Source: Octopus sinensis (taxonomy: Eukaryota). Taken from it: 64,000 bases of DNA. The stretch spans positions 197,284,001-197,348,000 of the forward strand of contig NC_042997.1 in the NCBI RefSeq assembly GCF_006345805.1, written 5' to 3'. Both the position numbers and the translations under genes were made by a program. How positions within the stretch are numbered: the first letter of the stretch is position 1; each line of letters starts with the position of its first letter. The notes below the pieces were generated by a model. The model was not told the origin of the DNA. It worked only from the letters and a program-made list of their open reading frames with translations, and made no database searches. This document shows, in pieces, positions 34,501 through 48,208 of the stretch.

Positions 34501-36878
34501 TATCCTTGGCATCAAATATCTTAAAATTTTTCCCAGACTCAAAACAAAACACACATTTCCTTTTACCAAAACTCAAGATTTGTATAAACAAACACTAAAT
34601 CAAGACAATACTAAATAAAATTAAATAAAAAAAGCTTTTAACATTCACAATATTTAGAAAGCTACTTAATTAAAACTACTCAATTTCCAATATTATACTA
34701 TACTATGTAAATTCTATTCTCACTGTTAACCTTAATCAACTTTTATTAAATTCTATGAAATTGTTCTATTTAAAAATTTAGTTTTTATAAATGGCTACAG
34801 GAGTGCAAAAGAAATATTTAACTAACCAGTTTTTTTACACCATACATTTGAATCAAATAAAAAAAATTTTTTTAAGTATATATTACAAAACTATTAAATT
34901 TATATTGTTGTAGACAATTTTTCTAGTGTAATCAACACTAGAATTTACAGAGTTGGTAATTTAGTCTAATTATTTCAAAGAATAAAAGAATCAAGTATTA
35001 TAATATCTCTCTGAAATGACTCGATAAAGTTTATTTAACAAAACCGGCTGCAAAACTTATTTCAGCACCTACATTTTTATAAATATTAATTGCTATTTCT
35101 AACAATCAATATATTTTACAAATCATTAAGCATATAAATCTTTATTCATACAGCCACTTATTTGTATAACATGATCAGAGATCTATACATCATTTACTGA
35201 TCAAGGTTAAGCTAACATATGAAATAAAGTCATCTACCCAACAGCAGATTTGAACTCAAAACTCTTAGCAAATTGTTCAATACTTTATCCAGCTGACCCG
35301 TTCGCTTCTATATTCAATTCACATAATAAAATAATGAATACAGGCTTCCCCTACATTACAAAAGTGTTGCACTCGTGAAATTCTTGCCAAAACCTAGAGT
35401 TTCAAAACATGAAACCTTGACTACACCTTGTTACATAAAATTCAGTTTTATGTCACCAAACTCCATGCTAGAGAGCAATATTTTTCTGACATTTTCTGGA
35501 CTGCAATACTTCCATCGCACTAATCAGAAGTAGCTGATTTCAACAACTACAGTAACATAAGATGATTTATCTTCAGCAAAAGTTAGAAAATCTTTAACAA
35601 AAAACTTTTCTAACAACTACATTTCAATGTCAGACTAAACTGTAATACATTTTGCTTATCATTTCAGATACCAGAGAAAGTATGTAATCAGCTTTCACTA
35701 AGAAACACTGACTCCATTCGTTTTCAAAATTTAATATTTTATCATGTGATAATTATAATTACAAATTTTACCACAAATATATATTTAATATATAGTTATA
35801 ATTAGCATTTTAACACATATTTATATCTAATATTTAGTTTAGAAAAATATTATTTAAATTATTTTTTTACAATTAGAAAGTAATTTGGGATTCACTAAGT
35901 TCAAATCTAATTCTTTGATTTTTAAAAAAAACTATTAGCAAATAAATATTACAAGCAACATAAAACACACATACATACATCCACACTCAAATATACAAAT
36001 ATTCTCAAATAGGAAATGGGAGATAAACAAAAGCATTTAAAATAAAATTTAAAATGTTTGAAAACTGTAGATTTGTAAATTTTTATGTAAATAATATCTA
36101 GGAAACAAAAAAAATGAAACAAAATCATTATTAAACACAATCTTGCAGAATATTTGTTTCAAACAGCCTAATATCAACAATTCCATTAAATAAAAGGTTC
36201 AAGTGTATTTCTCATCAATTAGACGAGCAAATTTCCAATCTTTCAGAGAATAAAACTTAGAATTAAAATTAAAACAATTGTTTTAAAGAAATAGTTAAGA
36301 TCTTTCTGTGTACAATAATATTTTTTTAATTAAATCTTCAGGCAAAATTTTGAATTTAAATTTACATAGCAATGCATATTCAACATCAACGGGTAAAAAA
36401 TGTATCACTTTTAATATTTTATAAAAAAATTTTTTTAAAAGGATGCAAAGTATATTCACTTTGATCACCTTGGAAAAGTTTCTCTGCTTTACTTTTCCAT
36501 TTTGTGACTAAATTCCCCAATGATCATGAGATCTACTTTAACATAAAGAGGAACTAAAATGTGATGGCCAGTTAATTTCAGATAGATTCAGGTCTTAACG
36601 GAAAAAAAAAAAAAAAATGGTTTCTTTCCAAGTTCTTTCTTTCTTACAATACATGAGAAAATAACATGCATCACACTTTGACAATAAAGTGAAATAGTGC
36701 AAACAGCAATCAAACAAGTCAAAATTTGAGCTGGGAATGTATAAAAAAGCTAAAGGACTAACTAGCAAATATGATGGGCTTTTTTGCTAATTGTAATGGA
36801 CATTAATCAAAACAGTATCCTCTCCCAAAGAATATAGACATATAAATTTAAGAATACATTAATAATTGACAACTTTAC

Positions 36879-36939
36879 CTCGTTATTTTCATTTGCTGCC
36901 ACTTCCTCTTTTGGTTGCTGGGGTTCACTTTCTACATCA
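36879..36939 (-). CDS. ACIN1: Acinus small exon (DVESEPQQPKEEVAANENNE)
   Basis: TTTTAG acceptor, GTAAAG donor, 61 nt, phase 2/0 complements the 37872 exon. Confidence 0.78.
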
Positions 36940-37111
36940 CTAAAACACAAATTGAGTAAATTGACATCAGCACAGAAAGTCACAGGCAATCAACACAACC
37001 AGCCTAGATTATAGTACAAAGTTTCTGCTCAGCAGTAGTGTCACCTCGTGAGATATCAATTCCCAATCAATTAGATATCGATCATTGTAACACATTCTAA
37101 AAACAAAATTC

Positions 37112-37521
37112 GGATCTTTTCGGTTTGAACGGCAGTTTTTAAAATAATTTCCACGTAACTAAACACTTTTAAACTTCGTATACTGGTAGAATGTGTTTAT
37201 AAAACATCTTTTTCTCTTGGCTTTATTGAGAAAATTCTATAGTTTGTAACATATTTGTTGTTCTTTTCTTCAATTTCTGCAATTTCAACCAATCACTGAC
37301 GTCCATTGAGTTAAAAAACATTCTGTGCCATATGAAAATGCCCCTCGTTTAAGAAACAGATTGGGTTTATTTACATTTCTGAAGAAAAAAAGATACCCTT
37401 CCCCCCACCCATAACCCTAAAACAGATTGAAATGCAATAGATCGATACTAGGGTCATAATTATGGGTGACAATTTCATATGACACTGCTAGAAAAAACTG
37501 CCGTTCAAACCGAAAAGATCC
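37112..37521. mobile_element. MITE with 29-bp TIR and 8-bp TSD (Merlin-like or hAT)
   Basis: GGATCTTTTCGGTTTGAACGGCAGTTTTT and its exact reverse complement; TSD CAAAATTC at 37104-37111 and 37522-37529. Confidence 0.9.
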
Positions 37522-37871
37522 CAAAATTCTCCAAATTTAAAATTGGTCTTAAAACATCAGCTGAAGTGTCAGCCAGAAAATAACAGTAACAATCAAAGAT
37601 TACTAATGACTTACTAAAACTAAATGAGTGTTGAGTATATACATAGGCTAATAATACTTCACAATATAGCTTTTGAATCTTACACATTAACATTAATGAC
37701 ACAAAATCCAGCAGATATTAGTTTACAACAGAATTTTTCTTCTTTTTTTTCTGTCCATCATATACATTTTTTTTTTTAATTGAAAGAAAAGAACAAAGCA
37801 AAAAAAAAATACAAAACTATTCCAGGATGTGGCCAAGTGTTTTCACAACGAACCACAGCCACAAAACTAAC

Positions 37872-37984
37872 CTATCAGCAGCGGCAGGGGAAATAACTTC
37901 ATCTCGTTTATTTTTTTTCATTTCACAACTCGGAACTGCTACATTTGTAACAATTTCCTCATTTTCATTTACTTCTTTTTTATC
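37872..37984 (-). CDS. ACIN1: Acinus exon (DKKEVNENEEIVTNVAVPSCEMKKNKRDEVISPAAAD)
   Basis: TTTCAG acceptor, GTTAGT donor, 113 nt, phase 0/2; needed to reconcile phases. Confidence 0.8.
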
Positions 37985-38544
37985 CTGAAATGGAGTAAAA
38001 TGTCATCACATTAAATGGAATATTACTATCACTTCTATCATTAATATTATCATTAGAAGTATTATAATTATTAATATAGGTTTTATAACTTGAGTCAGTT
38101 CAATGCTTTAAATCTAAATTCTAATGCCACTAAGCAACAGCAATCCTCGTTTGACCAACTCCATGTTTTCTGCCCGTTTTTTTTTTTTTGCATGCTGGCA
38201 TGGGTTAGACGAATACTCATTATGGACACAATGTTTTACAGCCAAGCACCCTTCCTATTAATAACCTGTACCTTGTTTTATTCCACTTATCAAAATGAGA
38301 GATTGAGGGTGGTTTGCTATTAGAGAATCATTTTTTTTATCAGCAATTTCATACAAAGGAATGATAAATGAACATTCACACACAAGCTATGGGCTTCCAC
38401 AAAGTTTCTATCAACCAATTCCACTCAAGGCATTGAAAACCCATGAAGACACTTGCCCAAGGTGTCACACAGTCAAATAGAACTTGAAACTGTGGCTATA
38501 AAAAAAAAAAACTCATGATAATTGCAATTCCAGTGGCACTCCAT

Positions 38545-38790
38545 CAGTTACAACAAGCATTTCAGTTGATTCGATGAACTGAACAGCCTACCCATGAAAT
38601 TAATGTGCAAGTGGCCAAGTATTCCACACGTACCCTTAATGTAGTTCTCATGGAGATTCAGCGTAACACGGAATGTAACAAAGCTGGACCCTTTAAATCA
38701 GAGGTACTACTTATTTTTGCCAACTGAGTGGACTGGAGCAACGTGGAAAAGTCTTGCTCAAGGACACAATGCATGCACTGCCAGGTATCA
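38545..38790 (-). mobile_element. Diverged SINE family D
   Basis: Colinear eroded match to 6826-7208. Confidence 0.6.
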
Positions 38791-38857
38791 AACTCATTAC
38801 CTTACAATTGTGAGCCAAATACCTTAATCACTAAGCCAAAAGCTTTCACACTATTAA

Positions 38858-39403
38858 CCTTTTGTAGGCCGGCAGAGTTCCTTGGGACCCCAGCAAATTT
38901 TAAAAGTTATACAACTTTAACATTTTTTATCTAAATGATTTTACATCTCATGACTTTTATTACCAATAATTTATGTATGTACATACAAATTTTGAGTTAA
39001 AAATTTCCAGTCATGGATGTTTTAACATAAAATAGGGTCATTAGGGTCCAGCTGGACCCCATTGGCCTTCTGTGGAGATATTTTCTTTCTGTTCTTTTTT
39101 CAGATATTCTGATGAACTTTAAGTCAATTTTCTTTGTATTTGTTCTGGTATGAATTGATATACTAAATAATTGTTTTATTTTATATTTAGTGCTACATGT
39201 ATAATTTATAAAATTATAAAAAAGATGATGATGATGATTTCTTTCAATAAAGGTTTTTTCCAGTCAGTAAATCATAATTTAATTCCCCTCCATTAAACAC
39301 TAATAATTTATGGATAGTGCGAAATGCGCAAAAATAAAAGGGGGTCCCTCAGGACCCCAATGGTCTTTTGCACCTAATTCCAACCCCGCCAGCCTGCAAA
39401 GGG
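38858..39403. mobile_element. piggyBac-type non-autonomous element, 546 bp
   Basis: TTAA flanks; CCTTTTGTAGGCCGGC / GCCAGCCTGCAAAGGG; subterminal GGGACCCC/GGGGTCCC repeats. Confidence 0.82.
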
Positions 39404-40530
39404 TTAAAGCAATATTTAACTGGAAAAGAAATGGGCAAAAGATTCTACATCTGAACTTTAGCCTAATAAAATCCACTGTAAGACAAAATGGGAAGCTATC
39501 TAAAACAACAAAAATGGCACTTCCAATTGCAACAGTATAAATTCATTTCTTACATTGACAAAGGGTGGTGATAAAGACTACAGAGGAGTGATTTTTGAGG
39601 AAAATAGATCAATTTCTGTATGATCTATATCAAAACATCATCCTAATATTTCTGCCAAGACACCATCACATAGGTAGGTTGTCAGGTTACTTGTGAGTTC
39701 TCTTATAAATGCTACTAGTAACATGGAATCTAGTACAAACTGTTGCATGCTCAGGTCATCAGCAACTAAACTAGCACTTGCATTAAGCTTGCCTGGTGAG
39801 GAGGGTTGCTAGAGACCCACCAGGATTAAAAACAAGACCTATCAAAAGGACAAATGAACCCATTGTAGGTTCAACAACTACCTAACAATAGCAAGAGCCC
39901 TCAGAAATACCAAATTGGTGCCCAGTGTGCTGGGAGGCCACTGGGAGTAAAGCACCCCTTAGCTTTTGTTAAAGCATGCTACTTCAAACCTGAGCTATGT
40001 CTGTGCTGAAAACTAGCAGTGACTCGGTCAGTGAATCCCCTGCAACAGTCGACAAGATGACAGATCACACAATCCCAAAGTGTGTGTGAGAGTACATGGG
40101 ATCAGGAGCCACATGTCAACTTGTATTCTCACTGAAACTCCAAACATGCATTGAACAGAGCTGGCTCAACACCCTGGGTGAATGTCGCCACCAGTACAAG
40201 TAAGTATAAGGCAGAGAACTATATAACCATCTAAGCCAACCAGTATGGAGTAGAAGTCTTAAAAATTGTGTTTATACTAGTTATTTTATACACCATTACT
40301 CACTGTTAAATTGAGGTTATTTTAAAATTTAAGAATAACAAGAGAACATTTACTGATGGGAAGGGGGTCCTCAATACTGTAAGGTCTCAAATTTATTGTA
40401 AAAGTCCTAGTCAACACAAATATTATTATGAAAATATTCATATAAAAGAAATTTAGGGGTATTCCTATTTCTATATTACCTGGTGTTTCAAATTAATTAC
40501 TAAACTAATTATACACACAATTTTAAATAC

Positions 40531-40837
40531 CTGTTCCTCTGAAGACTTTGTGGGTGTCTTTTTCTTTGCAGGTGAGCTGGAAACGGAGCTGGATCTGGAA
40601 TGGGATGGGGATCGGGATCGAGATCTAGACCGTGAAGGAGATCGTGACGAAGCCGAGTTTGACCATGATCGGGAGCGGGATGCTGAACGGGATCTCGAAG
40701 ACGCAGATCTTGATCGGGCTCGAGCTTCTGAAGACTTCATGTCCGATTCCTTTCGTGAACTACTCGAAGACGACCGAGATCTTGACCGAGAGGAATGAGA
40801 ACGAGATCTTCGGTTGCTTGAATGAGACGACACAGAC
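40531..40837 (-). CDS. ACIN1: Acinus RS-rich exon (SSHSSNRRSRSHSSRSRSR...SPAKKKTPTKSSEEQ)
   Basis: TTTGCAG acceptor, GTATTT donor, 307 nt, phase 2/0. Confidence 0.88.
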
Positions 40838-41204
40838 CTGCAAAGAAAAATATTTAAAGGGAGCTTAATTATCAGTCATACAGAAAATGTGTTTAGTATA
40901 CACTATACAATAAAATAAGAACCCAAAGGAATCTAATCGATTTTAGACCATTTTGAAAAAAAAAAAAGAAGAAAAAAAATACACTTTACATTTTCACATT
41001 TTTAATTAGTGGCATTAAAAATAAAAATCACTTGATCAAACTAGTTAGTAAAACAAACATCCTAGAAAAATATTTGTATAAATAGTAAAATATTCTAATC
41101 TTCAAACTCGGATTTTGTTCCCAAAAAAAATTATATCAGTTCTTACTCAATCTGTATAATTCATGAAAGTATGAACAACTAAAAAATACTTCCCTTTTCT
41201 TTAA

Positions 41205-41425
41205 TCCTTTCATTACCATATTTATTTTGAGATGCTCTGTGTTTCTTTCAATTAATTTTAAATATAACAAAGAATTTAGTAAAATAACTTAGTTATCACT
41301 AAGCTAGTATTAGGAACATATATTGTGACTAAGGTTTGGTGGAAGATTCTAATTCAAAACTTATGAAAACAAGACATTTGTACTCAGTGCCAGAGCTGGT
41401 TTCAGTCAAGTTAGTATCGAAAGGG
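41205..41425. mobile_element. piggyBac MITE P1
   Basis: TTAA flanks; near-identical interior to 23154-23375. Confidence 0.85.
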
Positions 41426-43463
41426 TTAAACTTTGAGCAAACTTTTTTGAAAAAATGTTGACCACAACATCTATGAACCTGAAATATAAAACCCTTTTGG
41501 AATGTTTTTCCAAGGGGGCATGTGCGAATCACATTCAACCCAGTTTTTAGAAAAGGTACACCATGTACCTGCTGTCATAGAAGGCAAATGAAAGTGTTAG
41601 TATCTGGAAGGGTCTCTGGTTGTAAAAAGACACTGCCCCAGAAAGATCCATACAACCCATGTCAGAATGGGGAAGTAAAAACAATTATTATATAATGTCA
41701 GAAATTCAACAGAGCCATCTATAAGGGCAATGAGTTTATTTTATGAACTTAATTCTCGAAAGCATATCTTCTACTATTGGAATATTTTCAGCTTCCAAAT
41801 TCTAATGGTAGAATACAGCAAGCATGAAGATGCTAGATGTTATTTGGTGGTAATATAATCCTGAAAACTGGTGGCTTCACTGACTTGAAGCTAAATCTAA
41901 TGTAATATTCAATATTACAGGGAATAGTTTACTGTAATTAGTGCATCATCTTCATTTGAACTGAACCACATCGACTGAAAATACTAAGACAGACTTTATT
42001 TTCTGACAACTTTGTCTTTTGTAGCTTGTTTGCAACTCTCTAACCAGGAAATAAATTTCTAACAAAGTACCAATGGAAGCTGTAATTCTCACACCATTTC
42101 CTTATTAGCATTATTAGTAAACTTTATTGAAACAGCTGGTCTGGAGAGCAAGCTACAAACTTAGCCATCTGGAGCTCATTTTCTATTTTATAACACTCGC
42201 TAAAGAAAGACTTCAGTCCAGCACTTGCAGCTAATGAACTACAAATTGGTTATGCAGTATTTCAACCAATTACAATCATGAACAGGTTTTTCTCCATGAC
42301 ACATCTATATGGTAATTAGGATTGATGGGATGCAATACCAAGCTAAGGGCTCTGAACTCTTTAATGGAGCACACGGATGCCATGATGACAATTTGGACCT
42401 GGTGGAACCCATCCCTCTCCAGGTATGATCACAACTGATTTCTTCCAAAAAGAGAATAATCAACTCCAGTACTTGTCTAGTACTTTATTTTATCGACCCT
42501 GAAAAGACATAAGGCAGAGCTGACGTTGGTAGGATTTGAACTCACGAGCACAGAGAGCTGGAGAAATTACCACAGAGCATTCTATCCAATGCTCTAGCAA
42601 CTCTGCTAGTTAGCCATCTTAAAGACAATAACAGTGATAGAATACATGCCTTCAGCCAGTAAGCAGCAATCACAATATCACTGCCTATTTAGGCTACATA
42701 ACACTACATAATATATGTTGTCAACTAGTAAGCTGACAAGCATGTATTATGTATTGTTGTGTAGTCTTAACAGGCAAAGATATTGAAGTATTCCAACTCT
42801 GCAATATCCCCATTCAGTCAAGACTACATAGTAATGACAAACAAACTAATAAACTTCCTGAAATATGGCAAAAGAATATAAATAAAGCTTAATCATGATT
42901 TTTAACTATAAGAGACCACTGTAAGTGGTAATAGGCAGGGATAATAAATACATCTTCCATCAAATACCAAAAAATGTTAGTACTAAATAGTTTTTTGTAT
43001 TATTATTATTATTACTGAACAAAAACATTTCATACACTCTTACAGTACTTTTAATAATATATTAGTATTTCAGACATATGAACTGATATATTTATCAAAA
43101 TTAAAAGCAATTTCTAGTAATGCATTTTAAGAAGAAAAAAAAAATTCAAAAATTAAATGTGTACTTCAGCAAAATTAAATATCTGATGTGCAATTCAAGT
43201 GATTTCAGTGCAATTATTTCCTTGTGTTCAAAAAAAAAAAAAATTACTTCAGTGACCATTTGAAACTTAGTATTTCTATTATTTTCTTCAGGTTTCACAT
43301 AACCACAACAGTCATCATATAATCAACTTTGCAACTCAACTGTTAAATTCATTTCAACAAACCATTCCAAATTGTAAATATAGAAAATTATTCCAAAGAT
43401 AGACACCACGAGTTGTAGCAAGTCTACAAAAAAATGCACTTAACTATTTCATTAATCTATTAA

Positions 43464-43686
43464 CTCTTTTGTAACCATAATTCTACTGAAATACATTGCC
43501 TTTATTTTAATTAATTGTGAAAATTACAAAGAATTTAGTAAAAATAACTTTCCATTATTAATCTGGTATTTTGAACATAGTTTAACATGAAAATTTTAAG
43601 GAAGGTTTTTAACTTAGCCAACATTAAAACAGAAAGTTTGCATCATAGAATCGAGGGCAACTTGAGGTAGATTGATACCAAAAAGG
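43464..43686. mobile_element. Diverged piggyBac MITE
   Basis: TTAA flanks, eroded TIRs, same about 222-bp layout. Confidence 0.65.
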
Positions 43687-43708
43687 TTAAATAGACTTTT
43701 TTTTTTTT

Positions 43709-44106
43709 CTTTTACTTGTTTCAGTCATTTGACTGCGGCCATGCTGGAGCACCGCCTTCAGTCAAGCAAATCGACCCCAGGACTTATTCTTTGTAAGCCC
43801 AGTACTTATTCTATCGGTCTCTTTTTGCCGAACCGCTAAGTGACGGGGACGTAAACACACCAGCATCAGTTGTCAAGCAATGCTAGGGGTACAAACACAG
43901 ACACAGACACACAAACACACATACATATATATATATACATATATACGACAGGTTTCTCTCAGTTTCTGTCTACCAAATCCACTCACAAGGCATTGGTCGG
44001 CCCAGGGCTATAGCAGAAGACACTTGCCCAAGATGCCACGCAGTGGGACTGAACCCGGAACCATGTGGTTGGTTAGCAAGCTACTTACCATACACCCACT
44101 CCTGTG

Positions 44107-44108
<2 letters not shown>
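43709..44108 (-). mobile_element. SINE family A
   Basis: Full-length match, followed by (TA)n. Confidence 0.9.
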
Positions 44109-44156
<48 letters not shown>

Positions 44157-44329
44157 ATGGAGCTGTGCAAGAAAGATATAGAATTATTTTACTAAAGTGA
44201 CTTGTGTGCATTCAGGGAAGACACTGCAGTAATGTGCATTGTATTTTCATCATGTCTTTCTTGAATATTTAAATACCTTGAAAGAAATATTCCCTACTAA
44301 AAGGAAAATCCACACAGATCATATGTACA

Positions 44330-44590
44330 GGCAGGGCTGTGTGGTAAAGAAGCCTGGTTTGGGGTTGTCTCATTGTGCAGCATCTTGGCTAAGTGTCTTT
44401 GATTATAGCCCCAGATTTAACCAATGCTGTGAATGAATTTGGTAGACGGACATTGTATAGAAGCCTGTTTGTGTGTTTGTGTTCTTTCCCACCACTTGAC
44501 AACCAATGCTGGGTTTTTTATGTCCCCTTAATAGTTTCAGCAATAGAAACTACTAGAATAAAGTACCAGACTTACAGACAACCCAAATAA
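44330..44590 (+). mobile_element. Diverged SINE family A
   Basis: Eroded match, inverted relative to the 43709 copy. Confidence 0.6.
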
Positions 44591-45726
44591 CAAAAGAGCA
44601 GTTAATTTTTATATGCATTTCACATAGAATGTGGTTTGTTAGAATTCAGTCTCCAAGTATTTTTCCACCTATCAACATCCATGGAAGCCCTCCCCCTCCC
44701 TGATGTCTGGAAGATAAATACAACTTAAGGATAAGGCCCAACAATTTTGGTTTAAACATAACACTTCTATACTGCCCAAACAGATGTTAACTCTGAAATC
44801 TTATGTACAATTATATACAAAAGAGTAAATTCTTCCAGTGAAAAGTATTATGGCATGATCCTAGTAGAAAAACTGTCATAAAATTGGCATAAAATGTTGA
44901 TTGAAAAGAGACCCTTGAAATTAGTAATTGTTAGTATATACATTTGATTTCTAATTCCTCAATAACAAGACTAGTAACAATAGACTTAACATAGACAAAA
45001 TTTTTTGATTTTAAAAACAAAAAAGATTTCTTTGTGACTAGTGTTAAATGAATCAGTACAAAGTTGTCAAAGACCAGAGTGAGAAACAACAAATGTTAGA
45101 TCCAAAAGACAAAAAAGACCCACGGATCCAAAATATAGTCAAATGAAAACTAATTTAATGAAAGCCTTATAGTTTGACAAATCAGGATATGACATACATA
45201 CTTTCCCAAAAGGTGAAATAAGTGTGGAATCTAAATGAAATGTACGAAAACACTGCTGAAACTAAGTTGTAATTAACAGTTGTGTTTTCTTAAGACAATT
45301 AACAAAGTAAAAGAATAAGTTCCAGAAGGCAAATAGCATAATAGTGCCTGCCCAAAGATGTATAAAGCCTTCAGCAAGTAATAGAGTTACAAGTGCAAAA
45401 GAATCACCCCACAGCCAAGATTTTGGGAAATAAGATCGGCCACTACACTAGTCGATAAAATAGTTTTATGTTAGGTCTGTAATCACTATTGACTAATAAT
45501 AACTGCAGAGCCATTTGTTCAGTAACACTACCAGTAGCAATGGGGTTTTTTTTTCTTTTGTTTGGAGCATTCTGCACTGAAAAGAATCCTTTGAAGAAGA
45601 GATGGCATTCATACTTCTCCCAAGACAAGCAATAACAAATCTTGAATAATTCTAAGAAATAACTAAAACAATATTAGAAATTTCTAATTTTGGTGATCAG
45701 TGAATAAACTTCAGTGAAAATATATA

Positions 45727-45862
45727 TATGTTTACAAAGCCTAGACAGGTATCTTCAGCTAGCAGGCCATGCTACTCCAGACTGATGACGAGCAAGAGAC
45801 ATGTCATGTCTCTGGATGCAGGCCTAGCTATTGGGGATGCTTGTCTCCCCTTTGTAAACATA
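45727..45862 (+). ncRNA. Long RNA hairpin capped by a degenerate Type I hammerhead-like core
   Basis: 13-bp perfect stem; 16-bp stem with five G-U pairs and no mismatches; helix I TCCAGA/TCTGGA; CTGATGA...GAGAC-ATGTCAT-GTC. Confidence 0.5.
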
Positions 45863-47989
45863 AGGATACAGGAAATGTGTCAAGGCCGACAGGAAGCGTT
45901 GATGTTGCCTAGGGCTAAATAGCGGTGGTGTGATTCCCTCTATGGGACTTTCACGTTAGGTTGACAGTATACAACCGCACTAAAACAATAATAATTTGAA
46001 AAAGGAAAGTAAATAGGAAAACTTGACAAATCTTTCTAGTCATGCCACTGTAAGACGATAAATGGTAATGTTGTTATAAACATGCAGACAGTGAGATACT
46101 GTAAGAATGCTTCTACTTGGCAGTCAACTGTGCTGGTCTGACCGAAATTACTTTCCCTTTTATAAAGTTGTTCATAGATATATGCTGACAATTTTAATCA
46201 AGCTACCAATAAAAGCATCTATTTCTGACAAAATCAGAATCATTTAGAAAAAATTCTTGTGTATACTTATCAAGATGTGTTTGATAGAAAATGAACACCA
46301 CAATGATTGACAGCTTGGAGGCATTGTAGACAAATCACATTAAATACATAGATTGTGTTTAAAAAAATCTGAGGTGAATAAAACTAATTTAGAATATAAA
46401 AATTGTGTTGTTTAACATGACATTGCAATAAAAATAAATTTTCTTAATGTCTCTCTCTCTTTACATTAAAGAGAGTCAAGTTACAGTGTATTCAGAAGTT
46501 CTTAGTGTATGCAAAAAAATTTGCTTGAATTTTCAAAATCAGTTAACCAAAGATGAGAGACCAGAAGAGATGATGATAATGATGATGATGATAATGATAA
46601 AAATAAAGAAAACAAAAAACCAGCACACAAAATTTTTTAAATATGTTGCTTAGGATAACACTTTTTTTTTTTTTTTTCAAAAAAATAAAATTGTTCAAGT
46701 TAGGTTAAAATTGGTTACCGATGCTTTGTAAATTAAGATCAAAATATTTAAAATACTTTCAGCAAATACCTTAAAACTACTTCTTTTATTAGCATATTTG
46801 AACTAATCCTACGTTCATTTAGAATATGAAAATATAGTGAAAGATAACTGCAAGGAAAATATAGCAAAATATTTTTCTTAAATTTTTTTTTCTTTTTTTT
46901 TTGTTATGAGAGCTATGATTGTAAAACAAAAAAAAAATAGAATGGTGTGAAGTTAGTTCCTTTTCTGTTTTAAATTCAACAATACATCAAATAACCAACA
47001 TGTTTGATAGCAACCTTTAAAATCTTATAAAATACTTGGATCAAACATTAAAGGAATTCTTTCCCAACAAAAATATCAATAGATACAAAAAAAAAAAAGG
47101 GAACAATATTTTTAATATAATTATTGCTTGATATTCCATTAGGTAATTCCTCTTAATGTTTGGCACCAATTGGAATATCATGGAACATAAAACCAGTATG
47201 GTCAGTTTAGAAAATAAAATTTAAATGATGATTAGTATTAAGGAATATTTTATTAAATGGTTTTACTTCAATCATTCCACTTTTAAGAAAAATACTTCAA
47301 GCTGACATACACACACACTGGATCTAATAAAAAGAAAAAAAATAGGGGTAATTAAATTTTGTTTTTAAAAATTAAAGCATTCAAAGTTCATAAATAATTA
47401 AAACATGGAAATAATTCTCTTTTATTAATTATTAAGTAGATCGAATGCAAATGACAGTAATAGCTCGCAATATACTGGGCAAATACAGGTGGTTGTTTTA
47501 CATGGTATATTACGAGATATTTAGCTTTAGCTACACATGCACTGAACATCATAAAAGAGACATATTTTCATATTTCCCTGATGCTTTGTAAATTAAGATC
47601 AAAATAATTAAAATACTTTCAACAAATACTTTAAAACTACATCTTTTCATGGCTAAATTAATCAAAGGAACAGTTTTTGAAGTACTTTAATAAGAGACAT
47701 TAATTCAGTCTTTGATGTAATTCCAAGGAGTCTCATTTGACAAATGGCCATGGTCATATGAGGAACCCAAAGACAGCTCACAGCAATCTGTAAAATACTT
47801 CCAATATTAACAAAGAGGTCATGTTAATAAAGATGCTATAATAATAAAGCCACTGTTTTTCTTGTGTACGAGAACAAGAAAAAGTGTACTTTCTTAGGAT
47901 TGAGGGATTCTTTATACTACATTAATATCATTTAGGTTGGTTGTTCCCAGGGAAGAGTTGCATCATCCAATCCAAACATCACAGCAAAA

Positions 47990-48011
47990 CAAATATACAT
48001 ACACACATTCC

Positions 48012-48048
<37 letters not shown>

Positions 48049-48085
48049 CCATATATATATACATACACACACAAACACACACTCC

Positions 48086-48120
<35 letters not shown>

Positions 48121-48169
48121 AACACATTCCATATATATATATATATACACACACACACAAACACATTCC

Positions 48170-48208
<39 letters not shown>

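Noticed and set aside
40550-40868. Plus-strand acidic ORFs
   Set aside because: They are the antisense shadow of the Acinus RS exon
5151-44200. Recurrent ORFs such as MLGGQTQTHKH... and MSSDARGTNTD...
   Set aside because: They are translations of SINE family A copies
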